A stretch of DNA of 62,958 nucleotides, the filler included, from Octopus bimaculoides (lineage: Eukaryota), in assembly GCF_001194135.2 (NCBI RefSeq). It is 3 parts of 3 records of this genome, joined end to end, with 100 filler letters (N's around TTAATTAATTAA, not from the genome) between each part and the next. Parts side by side here need not be neighbours in the genome. Positions count along the whole stretch, not along the records: positions 31,246 to 59,330 come from NC_068987.1; 2 more parts are not named here. One strand, written 5' to 3'. Within the stretch, counting starts at the first letter, position 1; every line of letters starts with the position of its first letter. A program made the translations under genes and the position numbers. Shown here piece after piece: positions 40,155 to 52,379 of this stretch. The notes beneath the pieces were generated by a model. The model worked only from the letters and a program-made list of their open reading frames with translations. It had not been told where the DNA came from and did no database searches.

Positions 40155-40322
40155 GCAACGAGCTTCTTTACAGTTTCCATCAACCAAATTCACTCACAGG
40201 GCATTGGTTGCCCCCGGGGCTTTTGTAGAAGATATTTGCCCAAGATGTCGCGCAGTGGGATTGAACCGAAACCGCGTGACTTCAAAGCCAGCTTCTTAAA
40301 TATAAATTTAAGGCTGTGCCTA
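40155..40322 (-). mobile_element. SINE family B 5' half
   Basis: GCTTCTTTACAGTTTCC..CACTCACAGGGC..GTAGAAGATATTTGCCCAAG..GCAGTGGGATTGAACC. Confidence 0.8.
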
Positions 40323-40809
40323 TCTACTGTGTGCTTTTCAATCACGATATTTCTAATACTGTACAACATACGACGCATTATTTTTTTTGCTGTAATATTT
40401 TTCTTACCCAACAATTACTAACGCTCTAAACAACTTTACTAAGGATCGAAACGGGCCTCTGATTCTCAAATCTATCACAGTACTGATGCTACACACACGT
40501 TGATTATCACATTTAGGGAAAGGTTACCCGACTGATTGGCATGAAATCGCTCACCAACACACTCCAAAGCAGGCCCATGAATGCAATGTCCCCTCTCTGT
40601 GTAATCTACTGTTACGTCAGTAGGATTTGCTCCTCAGAGCTGGTGTCGCTTCATATCCACTCACGCACTGGTGATTCCTCCTCCTCCTCCTCTCTATACT
40701 ATACCACCCCACCCTCGCATTAAACAGTACACCAGTTCCTTTCTTTCCAAAATGTCTATCCATCCATCATTCTCGCCGCTCACTATTTCTAGGAGGGTGG
40801 GGGTGGGGT

Positions 40810-41120
40810 AGAGTCTTCAGGTACCTCTTCCAAAGGGTCCTATCACAGGCAACTGCCATTATACTTTTTAGCTGGATTCTCAAGCACGACCAAGTGATGT
40901 TATGAATATTATCTAGCCTTCTCCTTTTTGGCTGGCCCTTGACCCCCTGCCTATTGATTCAGCTCGAAGGATCCCCCTTGCACTTCTTTGCTGCTATATT
41001 CTAATCACACGGCCATCGTACCTCTGGGTTTATCATTTTGGTACGTGTTTTTCCTTCACCTGTTGACCTGTTGCTACTTAAGAAGACTATTAGCCATGTC
41101 TGTCTCACAGGTTTCCAGCG
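40810..41120 (-). mobile_element. Decayed RTE-clade LINE 3' coding end
   Basis: Minus translation RYDGRVIRI ... QGVKGQPKRRLDNIH ... MAVACDRTLWKR follows the RTE C-terminal pattern (RYFGHV.R, GRP.RRW.DNI, A.DR..WR). Confidence 0.55.
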
Positions 41121-42148
41121 GCCTACGAAGGTCAAAAACACGGGCTCTTATTGTGGAATAATAAACGCACACACATACATACTCACACACAGTTACATAC
41201 AAATACACACGCACACATATACATGTACACACGCACACTAAACAAGCCAGACGAAAGTAAGTTATGCAGTTTGTTTTCGCATAAGTTTAACTCAATTTAT
41301 CATGATTATTTTTAAATATATTTATATTTATTTAACCGCTATCTTAACTGTCCTAACACATTCTTTCAAATAGTTTCATTTCTAAGCGATCATCACCTTG
41401 TTCGACAGCAATAATAAATGTGCTGTACTTAACATTAGCGTTCATTAACTGTCTGGAAATGAAATGAATTTGGCAATAAAAGACAGCATATGTATACAGT
41501 GGGAGAGATAGATATATAGACAGACAGATAGATAGACAGATAGATAGATAGATAGATTAAGACAGACAGAAATAGACAGATAGAAAGAGTAAAAGTCAGT
41601 AAGAGAGAGCGTGTTTATCTACACTAGTTACACTTTAACACATTACTGCATACAAGAACAGTTCAATTCTATTAAAACATTGTTGTAACAGAGTTTCAGA
41701 TAAATGTAATTTAGATTAAATGACAAAAAGTTGTTAAAAAGTAGATGTTTTACTTAAACTAAATTAGCATTCATTACAAAGTAGATGGCTGTTTTTAAAA
41801 AGATGATAAAAGAGAGGTGACAATTGTATTTAAGTGAGAAAAGAAAATGATATACAAAATATAGAATAAAAAAAACTAAAAAATGATCAATGTGAAAACT
41901 TAGCTATTTGCGATAAATTGTAATGTAAAAAGAACAGGAAACTAAATAACTATTTTGCAATTACTTTAATGGTACATGTATTATTAAATGTGCAATTTTA
42001 CCGACCAGACATATGAGCATATATACATACATACCCACCATATGACTGTACATACATACATACATGTAGATATATACGTATATATATATTTGTATATAAG
42101 CATACATATATATATATATATATATATATTTATATGCTTTTATATTTA

Positions 42149-42193
<45 letters not shown>

Positions 42194-42672
42194 NNNNNNN
42201 NNNATATATATATATTTATATGCTTTTATATTTATGTGTATATATATATATATATATATATGTACATATGCGAATACATACACACACATATATATTATAT
42301 ATAGCTTGTCTGTATTTCGATTGAAGCATTAAGAAACTTGAAAATAAGTTTTTTCTTTTTAAAGAAATTACTGTTCTAATGCAAATGGCGAAGCTATAAA
42401 TAACGACGCATAATACATCTGTTAAAATGCTGCTTAGGTATTTTTACAAACTGGGTAGAATTAAAACAAAAAACCGTGAACAATTACATATGGAGAACAG
42501 ACAATGAACCTGCCGTATATTAGACGACGGTGATACCACGACACCAAAGAGACCTGATGAGTTCTAACCGTTAAAATCAGAAGCTTTATATGTACGACCA
42601 ACAAAAGGGAGCAAGTTTGAGTCAGTTTGTTTGAAGCATTGAGAAATTTGAAAATAAGTTTTTTTTACAGAA

Positions 42673-42838
42673 TTTTATTGTGTATAGAGAGAATCATTCC
42701 CTTTTAGTGTCTTATTGTTTAACACACCCACCGGTTCGATTTCCACTCATAAATAACTAAATGAGTGGAAATCGAACCGGTGAGTGTGTTAAATAATAAA
42801 GCACTAAAAGAGAATGACTCTTCCTAGAAACAATAAAA
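42673..42838. mobile_element. 166-bp fold-back (palindromic MITE-like) element
   Basis: Two 78-bp arms, 68/78 complementary without indels, inner 21 bp perfect, 10-nt AT-rich spacer. Confidence 0.9.
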
Positions 42839-43019
42839 CATGCTTCAAAACACGAATTCACATAAAGAATCTTGCGTACCAAATACAAAAACTTTTACAG
42901 AAGCTAACTCAATACTCCTTAGACAAAAACCAACAAAATAAAAACAAAATAAAACCTCTCTGAATTGTATCTCGACCGAGAATCGAACCATGTGTCTGCT
43001 GTTATTCTGAATATGTGTA

Positions 43020-43555
43020 TGAATGAATGTTGGTGTGTGGGTGTGTATGAGTGAATGTGGGTGTGTGTGGGAGTGTATAAGTGAATGTGGGTGTGTAGGT
43101 GTGTGTGGGTGCGTGGGTGTGTGTGGGTGTGTGTGAGTGTGTGTGGGTGTGTGCATGGGTGAGAGTGTATATTGGGTGAGTGTGGATGTGTATAGGTGTG
43201 TGTGGATGTGTATAGGTGAATATGGGTGCGTTGGTGTTTATAGGCGAGTGTGTATATGGTTGAGTGTGTGCGTGCGTGTGTGTGAGTGTGTTGGTGGGTG
43301 TGTAAGGGTGAGTGTGGGTTATGTGTGGGCGTGTGCCCATGTGTATAGGGTAATGTGTATATGTGGGTGTGTGTGTGGATGTGTGTGTGTGTGTGTGGGG
43401 GGGGTGAGTGTGGGTGTGTATAGGTGTGTGTGTGAATGTGTTGGTGAGTGTGGGTTATGTGTAGGTGTGTGTAGGTGTGTATGGGTGAATGTGTGTATGT
43501 GAGTACGTGTGGGTGTTTATGGACGAGTGTGGGTGTGTGTATGGGTGTTTGTTAG
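43020..43555. repeat. Degenerate GT-rich low-complexity tract
   Basis: Read directly; source of HT/VC pseudo-ORFs. Confidence 0.95.
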
Positions 43556-43577
43556 GTCTATTATTTCAACCATAGGA

Positions 43578-43800
43578 ATCATCGCCATCACCATCACCAT
43601 TTAATTTCCGTTTTACATGTGGGCATGGGTTGGACGGTTTGACAAGAGCTGGCAAATCGAACAGCTACACCAGCCTCCAATTGTCTGTTTTGGCAAAGGT
43701 TTCTACGGTTGGCTGCTTTTCTTAAAGCCAACCACTTTACAGAGATTTTACGTGGCGCCGACACCAGTGCTTTTAGGTGGCACAAGCACGGGTGTGGCAT
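43578..43800 (-). mobile_element. Short retroposon with RTE-like 3' end and (ATG/GTG)n tail
   Basis: (CAT/CAC)n then TTTAATTTCCGTTTT.CATG..GGCATGGGTTGGACGGTTTGACA..GCCAACCACTTTACAGAG; family assignment from memory. Confidence 0.55.
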
Positions 43801-45144
43801 AAATATCCTGAATTATTTTCAGTGAGAGCGTGAGAGAAAATATAAATCCAACCAGGCTAAAGGAAGACTAGAAACTTCGGATTCATTTTTGGCAGAAGGT
43901 TTCTGGTGGCCAGCTTACATAGCAGGAAACACCGATTTGTTCATCATTCTTTTTCTTCCCAGTTTGAGTTTTTTTCGACTTTCATACGTTGTGACACTGT
44001 TTAAGCCCCTTCAAGTAGTTTTGTCTTGGACTTGAACTCAGTGTTCTTACAACACAATTTTCAGAAGACTTAGGGGACGCTTTTCTAACAACCTCCTTAG
44101 AACATCGACGGCGTTCCCCATCAGCTCATATATTTTTCGTAATTGTCGACTTAGAAAGATTTTTGGCGGGCGTCACCGGTCTAGAAGGGCCTGTTAACGT
44201 TATGGGCACTGCCCCTTTCTCTAAACCAGGAATTAAAAACCAAACAAATCATGAAACTCAATGTTGGCTTGTGATCGTTCAGTCAGGGGATTTAGAAAAT
44301 AACGTAAACCAAGATATGACACTGACCACCTCGGAATTCACACTAAAGACTTAATGAAAATTTAATTAGTAATTGTTGCGGTATTGGGAATCGAACCTAT
44401 GGTTTACATGTTTCTAAGTATTTACGAGAAGTTAGACGAGACAATAAGTTGAACAGTTTAATCTGTTATGAGTTGGAGAGAGTAATAAAAACATTTCGAG
44501 TGCGTATTTATAATAAACTATTGATAAATCGGTTCAGTAACCTATGTTAACAGTGAAGTCTTGTATGATAACAATGATGGGGTAATTAAGAAACATTGCA
44601 CCAAAACACGGTTTTCATCCAAAGAAAGTTATCGCCAATATAATGAGGAAAATAGAAACAAAATATTATTTATAAGAATTATCTGGACAAACACGAAATC
44701 GATCAATACAGAAATATTTGTTTAAATTTGCACGGATTGACTGAGAAGTAGTCATTTTCGGTTATTTATCATCCGAAAGATAGTGTTCAACGAATCGAAT
44801 TATCTTTCAAAAACTGCCGAAAATTGAGTTTCGAAAATTTCCGCGATATTCATATCATATTCTTTGGATCACATTCTATGGATTACCATAAATATAATTA
44901 TCTTCTAAGTATAGTCCAGAAGTGAGAAAGTTTTCTGAAACGAGCTCATTTCTAACATTCTTTAATATATTTTTATAATCTTAGAATCACAGACATGTTT
45001 TTAAATGAGGTATTAGAATTTTGTGCGCGGATAGAAATTTCGAACCGAAATCATTGATATCTATTTTGGTTAAAAAGAAATTACTTAACTCTCAGCAGTA
45101 AATTTGATTAATACGCGAAACTATTTACGTTAACTTCGTATATA

Positions 45145-45450
45145 ATCTCACTCACCTCACATATCGTCAAAGTATTTGAGCGAGTGTTGAGGTGAAGAAT
45201 AACAGCCTCTCTAGAACAAAATCATCTCCTAAATTGCAACCAGCATGGCTTTCGTGGTGGGAGGGATTGTCTAACACAGCTTCTCCACCACTTTGATGAC
45301 ATCTTAAACGCACTAAGTGAGGGCTCCAACGCGGATACCATGTACCTTAATTTCAGCAAGGCCTTTGACACAGTCGACTGCAATATTCTGTTAAGGAAAC
45401 TATCCAACGCTGGAGTCGGTGGAAAGTTATTTCAATGGATTAAGAATTTG
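45145..45450 (+). mobile_element. CR1/Jockey-group LINE reverse transcriptase fragment
   Basis: ISLTSHIVKVFERVLR*RITASLEQNHLLNCNQHGFRGGRDCLTQLLHHFDDILNALSEGSNADTMYLNFSKAFDTVDCNILLRKLSNAGVGGKLFQWIKNL; one in-frame stop; frame missed by the ORF track. Confidence 0.93.
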
Positions 45451-45922
45451 GCCCCGGCGCGCCAAGTTCCAGAGCTGAGGCATTTTGAAAAATAGCCCCA
45501 ATGTAATCGGTAGAACTGTATGCAAGTCTTATTTCATGAAGACAATTCGTGTATAGTTCTGCAAATTATACTGATTCTAGAATGTCTATCCTGATGGGAA
45601 CACAGATGTTGTTACGTAAGTAAAACGTTAATGTTCGAAACTGCAGTACACAGCTAATTCTTTATTCTGTATATTTCTCATTTTGTCCCGTTCTGGTGTT
45701 TTGCGAAATTTTTCTGGAGAACATTATTTTTCTTTGTGGTTGGGTCGTTGATGACCTCTTTCTAGAATACTAGATGTCCAGCTAGTGGCCATCTCTTATA
45801 CACGTGTAATAAATTTTGTCTGAATTTTCTGATTTTTTATATGCTAGGCCACTTGGTTTTAAATTGAATTAATATTCAATTTATCACCCTATANNNNNNN
45901 NNNNNNNNNNNNNNNNNNNNNN

Positions 45923-45961
<39 letters not shown>

Positions 45962-45984
45962 CGGAGAGAGAGATACAAAGAGAA

Positions 45985-46017
<33 letters not shown>

Positions 46018-46134
46018 ATGGGAATGAAACGGGGGATCGGTAATCCACGTACTTCATTCAATACTCCTGCGAATACTGGCGGACAGAATCTATAGACAAG
46101 GTCAATGCTTCTGCTTCAGTGGTAGTATGTGTTT

Positions 46135-46560
46135 CATAGTTTCTAAGGCTGATGGATATTTATATCCGATATCTACATAAATCTTCGGTATCGTCTCATT
46201 TGATAGATTTATTCCGTCAATTTTATTATATTCCTCATTCTTCATCACAACGACTCCATACTTAGACATATTAAATTTCATCCTGATACTTAGTGTTAAA
46301 CGCACACTGTACCGACAATTGTATCCAATTCCTTCTCAGTCTTGTCATAAACATTTAGGTCAGCTCTGAATAGCAAACGGTTAACTATTTCCTGACCTTT
46401 CCCTCACACGTATTCAGTTTTTACTTTTGCCATTTCTTGGGCGAGGAAGGGAAATGACAACGAGTGGATGTAATAGGCTGCTACCGTGGAAAATACCTCG
46501 ATCAGTTTTGACGTTTCCAAATGGATTTCCTGCTGTTAGTTCGGCTACCAAGTCTTCCAG
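46135..46560 (-). mobile_element. R4/Dong-like (RLE-type) LINE RT core fragment, frameshifted
   Basis: GNVKTDRGIFHGSSLLHPLVVISL / NRLLFRADLNVYDKTEKELDTIVGTV / IRMKFNMSKYGVVVMK..DGINLSN..GYKYPSALE correspond to IKRGIFQGDSLSP, NHLLFMDDLKLY and GMKFG..KC..GYKYLG motifs. Confidence 0.88.
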
Positions 46561-46569
46561 TCTTAACCG

Positions 46570-47000
46570 TATCAGATCAGATTTGTTTGTCAATTGTTTA
46601 ACCTTAACCACTTGAACGTGTCCCTTGGTCGCTAACGATATGTGCATCTCTGATCACGAGCAACAGTAGTGGGGGAGCATCATATCCATGTGTTGAGAGG
46701 AATTCTTTGGGGTTTGAATAATTCACCTTTGAAATTATGGGCGTTTCGTTCAACATCCTTAAACAACCCTTATTCAAGGACCTTTTGAGCAAGGTGGGCT
46801 TCTTGACCAGAAGAAAATTCTAACTGGGCCCCACCTACAAGGTCATGCGCTGTTTTTTTTTACATGAGATCACCATGTCGCGTACATATGGTTGTGATGC
46901 ATGTGTCTGGTGTGCCCTTATCTGATGGGCAGTAATGATGGGTATATTAGGATTCGTATATTTTAAACCAGTGTCACTTTGATGGCATGCACTGCTCTCG
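46570..47000 (-). mobile_element. Non-coding repeat fused to the RT fragment (possible 5' region of the element)
   Basis: Higher-GC complex sequence beginning at an (AAC)n/(TTG)n run and abutting the RT fragment; no motif recognised. Confidence 0.4.
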
Positions 47001-47049
47001 CTCAACAACAACAACAACAACAACAACAGCAACAATAATAAAATAATCA

Positions 47050-47170
47050 AGCTTTGGCCACGAACTGGAGGGTCAACCTTAGGAATGAGCAAGTGTCTCC
47101 GTCGTGCCGCATCTGGTAGTGAACAGCTGATACCGTAGTACATCTCCAGCGTTAGAAGCTGTGCAAAGGC

Positions 47171-47230
<60 letters not shown>
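47050..47230 (+). mobile_element. Probable LINE 3'UTR stub with (AAT)20 tail
   Basis: Ends CAGCGTTAGAAGCTGTGCAAAGGC(AAT)n; shares GGTAGTGAA with the 3'UTR at ~1175. Confidence 0.5.
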
Positions 47231-47453
47231 CCACGTTGTCATTGTTGCTATTATTCATTTTATTTTCTTCCACATCCTCCCACCTGGTCTACCGAAGCGT
47301 TGTTTATATTCAATTTCTCAGGCGTAAAACTAATGAAATATTTCATTTTGTTCATTTACAGCGCCATTTTCCTGCGTGTCTTGTGATAACTTGCTCGTAG
47401 TTATCGCATGGATTTAATGTTATTGTAACAAAAATATAATCACAAACATTCAT

Positions 47454-47484
<31 letters not shown>

Positions 47485-47784
47485 TATATATATATGTATA
47501 TAATATATATAATGAAGAGGCACATAAGATGATGGAACGAAATATTTAGTGGGTGAATATCTCGCGCTTTCAGCAAGACACACGCTCAAATGTTCAGATT
47601 ACGAGCAATTGATTTCCAATATAAATCATATTCATATGTTTTACATGGTTTCAGCGATACAAGCTATCTTTTCTTACTTGTATAGAAAAATAATATATAT
47701 ATTTCTTTAAGCTTATAGCAACAACAGTTCATAGTGAGAATGCACTGTTTAAATACACACACACACACGCGCACACACACACAC

Positions 47785-47846
<62 letters not shown>

Positions 47847-47869
47847 TAATATAATGTACTATATATATA

Positions 47870-47900
<31 letters not shown>

Positions 47901-48370
47901 GTATATANNNNNNNNNNNNNNNNNNNNNNNNNNNNNNNNNNNNNNNNNNNNNNNNNNNNNNNNNNNNNNNNNNNNNNNNNNNNNNNNNNNNNNNNNNNNN
48001 NNNNNNNNNNNNNNNNNNNNNNNNNNNNNNNNNNNNNNNNNNNNNNNNNNNNNNNNNNNNNNNNNNNNNNNNNNNNNNNNNNNNNNNNNNNNNNNNNNNN
48101 NNNNNNNNNNNNNNNNNNNNNNNNNNNNNNNNNNNNNNNNNNNNNNNNNNNNNNNNNNNNNNNNNNNNNNNNNNNNNNNNNNNNNNNNNNNNNNNNNNNN
48201 NNNNNNNNNNNNNNNNNNNNNNNNNNNNNNNNNNNNNNNNNNNNNNNNNNNNNNNNNNNNNNNNNNNNNNNNNNNNNNNNNNNNNNNNNNNNNNNNNNNN
48301 NNNNNNNNNNNNNNNNNNNNNNNNNNNNNNNNNNNNNNNNNNNNNNNNNNNNNNNNNNNNNNNNNNNNNN

Positions 48371-48415
<45 letters not shown>

Positions 48416-49003
48416 TATATACGTACGCACACACTCACACACATATATATACAATGCAAAGGAATAATATAGAATAATAACATAGTCGTGAGTATTGGCT
48501 TTCTCTGACCAGGAAAAAAGCCCCTATACTTTTCCCGACAAGTGGGGGGAATACTTAGCTGTAACATCTTGGATTCTTCAAAACAATTATTGGCATAATT
48601 GAAGTGAAATGGCTCGGATCGAAGAACGTAACTAATCTTGGTTCCGTTTCACATGTTGTTTATCTCCCGCTCTGTACTTACTCTACACGTAGAGAAATAA
48701 GTATTGGTTTCGTTTTGAACTAGTCATGGGAAAGACAAGATTCTGAAAAGAATTTCTTTCAATACCTCTGGGATTTGATTGCAGTCATTTCAATCGGATA
48801 TAATACGAAAATAATACTAGTAAAATTGAAAACGGAGCTATTTTGATGCAATAAGTTCCTGTGATAAACTGAATAAAAATAATTTCAAGCTAGCCATAAA
48901 CTCGGATCAATTTAAGCGACTATACACCTCTCTTGTAAGTACTCGTCACGTTCATAAAACAGATCGATATTAGTTACTTTTAGGTCGCTTTTGCTTTAAC
49001 TAG

Positions 49004-49389
49004 TGTTGTTGTTGGCACTCCGTCGCTTACGACGTCGAAGGTTCCAGTTGATCCGATCAACGGAACAGCCTGCTCGTGAAATTAACGTGCAAGTGGCTGA
49101 GTACTCCACAGACACGTGTACCCTTAACCTAGTTCTCGGGGATATTCAGCGTGACACAGTGACAAGGCTTGTCCTTTGAATTACAGGCACAACAGAAACA
49201 GGAAGAAAGAGTGAGAAAAAGTTATGGTGAAAGAGTACAGCAGGGTTCGCCACCATCCCCTGCCAGAGCCTTGTGGAGCTTTAGGTGTTTTCGCTCAATA
49301 AACACTCACAACGCCCGGTCTGGGAATCGAAACTGTGATCCTATGACCGCGAGTCCACTGCCCTAACCACTGGGCCATTGCGTCTCCAC
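49004..49389 (-). mobile_element. tRNA-derived SINE family C, full length, (AAC)n tail
   Basis: Minus: GTGGAGACGCAATGGCCCAGTGGTTAGGGCAG (A-box)..GTTTCGATTCCCAGACC (B-box)..long body..GACGGAGTGCC(AAC)n. Confidence 0.9.
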
Positions 49390-49396
49390 TTACCAA

Positions 49397-49560
49397 GTGT
49401 AGGCTCGTGGATTAGCAGGTTGGGCGTTGCACTCGTGATCTTCCGATCGTAGTTTTGACTCCCAGACTGGGCAATACATTTTGCAACGACTACGACATCT
49501 GACGTGTGGCGCACCGTGCATCTGTACAGGCGATGCGAATTTGATGGAGGGAGTGAATAA
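49397..49560 (+). mobile_element. Diverged tRNA-head SINE, back-to-back with family C copy
   Basis: GGCTCGTGGATTAGCAGG..GTTTTGACTCCCAGACTGGGC head, then CTGACGTGTGGCGCACCGTGCA body. Confidence 0.55.
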
Positions 49561-49603
49561 AGCACATACATTTGATAATTGTATTTAAACCATCTCTGTA
49601 GGG

Positions 49604-49846
49604 TATTTATTTCTTCATTGCCCACGGTGGGGGGGGGGAGGTAAACATAGAGGAGACAAACAAGGACAGACAAAGGGATTAAGTCGATTACATCGACCCC
49701 AGTGCGTAACTGGTACTTAATTTATCAACCCTGAAAGGATGAAAGACAAAGTAGACCTCGGCGGAATTTGAACTCAGAACGAAACGGCAGACGAAACACC
49801 GCTAAGCATTTCGCCCGGCGTGCTAACGATTCTGCCAGCTCGCCGC
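49604..49846 (-). mobile_element. SINE family A monomer (tail A)
   Basis: Complete head, core and tail A on the minus strand. Confidence 0.92.
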
Positions 49847-50607
49847 CCTATCTATGTAGGTTATTAGGCAAGAATTTGAAGAGCCTTTATCTGTCATCTA
49901 TGACAGAAGAGTCCAGAACTTTAACTAAGATGCCACCTTGTCATTCACAGTTCAAATTTCAGCCAGTACTGGTTATGATCTTTTTCTTAATTCCTTTTTT
50001 TAGTTCTCTGATGATCGACATATCACAAGTCAACTGACTTTTCGAATCAATTCTATCGACGCTTACATTTTCCTAAAAAAAACAAAAAATCTGGTTTTGA
50101 ACCGACTAAAAACAAAAATCAATACCTACATTTTAAATAGCGGCAGTTATGGCAGAATCAGCAGGATATCGACTTTAATGTATAACAGCAGCATATAATT
50201 TAATCTCTTTCATCAATACTTATTTATTATAACTAGTAATCGAAATAACTTCGTCCTTTAAGTTTTTAATTCATTTAGTCCAGCGTTTACCCCCACCGCT
50301 TTCCCTCTCTCGAAAAAACAAACATTAAAAAAACACCCAGACATCTTCATAATAAAAAATATGGACTATTTATCTTATTAAATGTATATTTGTGTATTAA
50401 TATTGATGTAATATCAATCAATGTCTGTGTTGAAATGTAAGCGAAAAGAAGAAAAAAAAACAACAAATATTTATTTAATTATATATTATTGCTCAACTCG
50501 CCCGCGTTTTTGTTGCAGTCCTTTGTGTTCTGAGTTCAAGCACTCTTGAAGCCAACTTTGTCTCTCATCCTTCTGGGTTTGATAAAGCAAAGAACACCAC
50601 TCCCATA

Positions 50608-50931
50608 TGTTGTTGGCAATCCGTCGCTTACGACGTCAAGGGTTCCAGTTCATCTGATCAACGGAACAACCTGCTCATGAAATTAACGTGCAAGTAACTG
50701 AGCACTCCACAAACACTTTGAATTACAGGCACAACAGAAAGAGGGAGTAAGAGTGAGAGAAAGTTGTGGTGAAAGAGTACAGCAGGGTTTGCCACCATCC
50801 CCTGCCGGAGCCTCGTGGAGCTTTAGGTGTTTTCGCTCAATAAACACTCACAACGCTCGGTCTGGGAATCGAAACCGCGATCCTATGACCGCGAGTCCGC
50901 TTCCCTAACCACTAGGCCATTGCGCCTCCAC
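50608..50931 (-). mobile_element. SINE family C with internal deletion
   Basis: Colinear with 49004-49389 but lacks the segment between ..CACAGACAC and TTTGAATTACAGG. Confidence 0.9.
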
Positions 50932-50970
50932 TACTCCCATATATATTTGTTTGTACATGCATATATTCAA

Positions 50971-51013
<43 letters not shown>

Positions 51014-51468
51014 CACACACACATATTCGGGAGTATACCTTGATGCAGTACACTCTTCCAGCTATTTTCGACTTAGAGTTCAGATCAACATGCCACTTCC
51101 ATACTTATATGTTGCTATAAATCGTATTATCATCGGAGGAATTCACTAGATTCTTATTAACACGGGTCTTATAATACGAGAATAATAAAAAAAATAAACT
51201 AATTGATATTTTGCATGCATTTAATCCGTACGTTTCAAGCGTTTACGTAGTAAATTGTTACGCAGATATTGCCCTCTTCAGTCATTACATGCAGAATAAA
51301 TTAGTAGCTTCAAGTTTGCCTTTATATATGGTAGAATGAATAAGGACAGTTACAGAAACCAGGGAAAAACGCCATAAATAGAAATAAAGGGAAAAATGAG
51401 AGGCTATAATAGTACAAGTGTCTAAGGAAAGGAAGAAGCAATTAAAGATAACATAGTGATATTACACA

Positions 51469-51506
<38 letters not shown>

Positions 51507-51507
51507 T

Positions 51508-51910
51508 CAGGGGGTTTCAAAAAGTTTGATATCATTTCGCAATCTAATAACTTGGCCATCTCTTGTTGAAATGACTTCAAATTTTAACAGCATGTGTAGA
51601 AATGGATCAAAAGGTTATGCTTAATGTTTGATATGTTTATCTTTTCAGGTATAGAAATGGCATTCTCTGGAAGAGAAAAGGCGTTTTGTGTGTTGGAGTA
51701 TGCTCGAACACAGTCGAACAAGACTGTGCAGCGTGTATTTGTGAGAGAGCTCTCTAAAAAGTCACCAACGGCAATGCAGATTTGGATATGACAAAAAATT
51801 CAAAGAGGAAGGCTATCTGTGCAGGGCAAAAAGATCTGGACGACCACTAACATCGGAAGAGACGTCTTGAGTGGGTTCGCCAAAAGCTCTTGCGAAACCT
51901 GAAGAAGTCC
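51508..51910 (+). mobile_element. 5' part of a Tc1/mariner DNA transposon (DUF4817-type HTH transposase N-terminus), truncated by a SINE
   Basis: TIR-like CAGGGGGTTTCAAAAAG after (TA)n; ATG 51657 MAFSGREKAFCVLEYARTQSNKTVQRVFVRELSKKSPTAMQIWI* then frameshifted FKEEGYLCRAKRSGRPLTSEET..VRQKLLRN.KKS. Confidence 0.85.
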
Positions 51911-52069
51911 AGTCGATCCCAGTACACAACTAGTACTTAATTTATCGACCCTCGAAAGGATGAAAGGCAAAGTTGACCTCAGCGAAATTTGAACTCAGAA
52001 CATAAAGACAGACGAAATACCGCTAAATATTTCGCCCGGCGTTGCTAACGTTTCTGCCAGCTCGCCGCC
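51909..52069 (-). mobile_element. SINE family A (tail truncated)
   Basis: Core and head on the minus strand. Confidence 0.9.
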
Positions 52070-52079
52070 CTTTAAAAAT

Positions 52080-52290
52080 CTTTTCTAGTCTAGGCACAAG
52101 GCCCGAAATTTTGGTGGAGTGGGCCAGTCGATTAGATCGACCCCAGTACGCGACTGGTACTTAATTTATCGACCTCGAAAGGATGGAAGGCATAGTCGAC
52201 CCCGTCGGAATTTGAACTCAGAACGTAAAAACAGACGAAATACCGCTATGTATTTCGCCCGGCGTGCTAACGTTTCTGCCAGCTCGCTGC
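52080..52290 (-). mobile_element. SINE family A monomer (tail B)
   Basis: TTTTCTAGTCTAGGCACAAGGCCCGAAATTTT tail B, core and complete head. Confidence 0.92.
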
Positions 52291-52379
52291 CTTCCTGTTA
52301 AACCCAATATTGCTAAAATCTATTTCGCTTTCATTAGTAAACATATCTCATTCACCCATATAATATCTTTATCTTATTT

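Noticed and set aside
42550-42590. CTGATGAG as a hammerhead ribozyme core (also CTGATGA at ~21780)
   Set aside because: No GAAA partner or helix II/III can be formed.
44040-44170. RKIYELMGNAVDVLRRLL resembling the C5-methyltransferase C-terminal GN(A/S)V motif
   Set aside because: Isolated 41-aa frame without other methyltransferase motifs or matching splice sites.
50860-50931. tRNA-like sequence (also heads at 49320-49389, 32151, 55219)
   Set aside because: A and B boxes continue into SINE bodies; no proper acceptor stem; multiple diverged copies.
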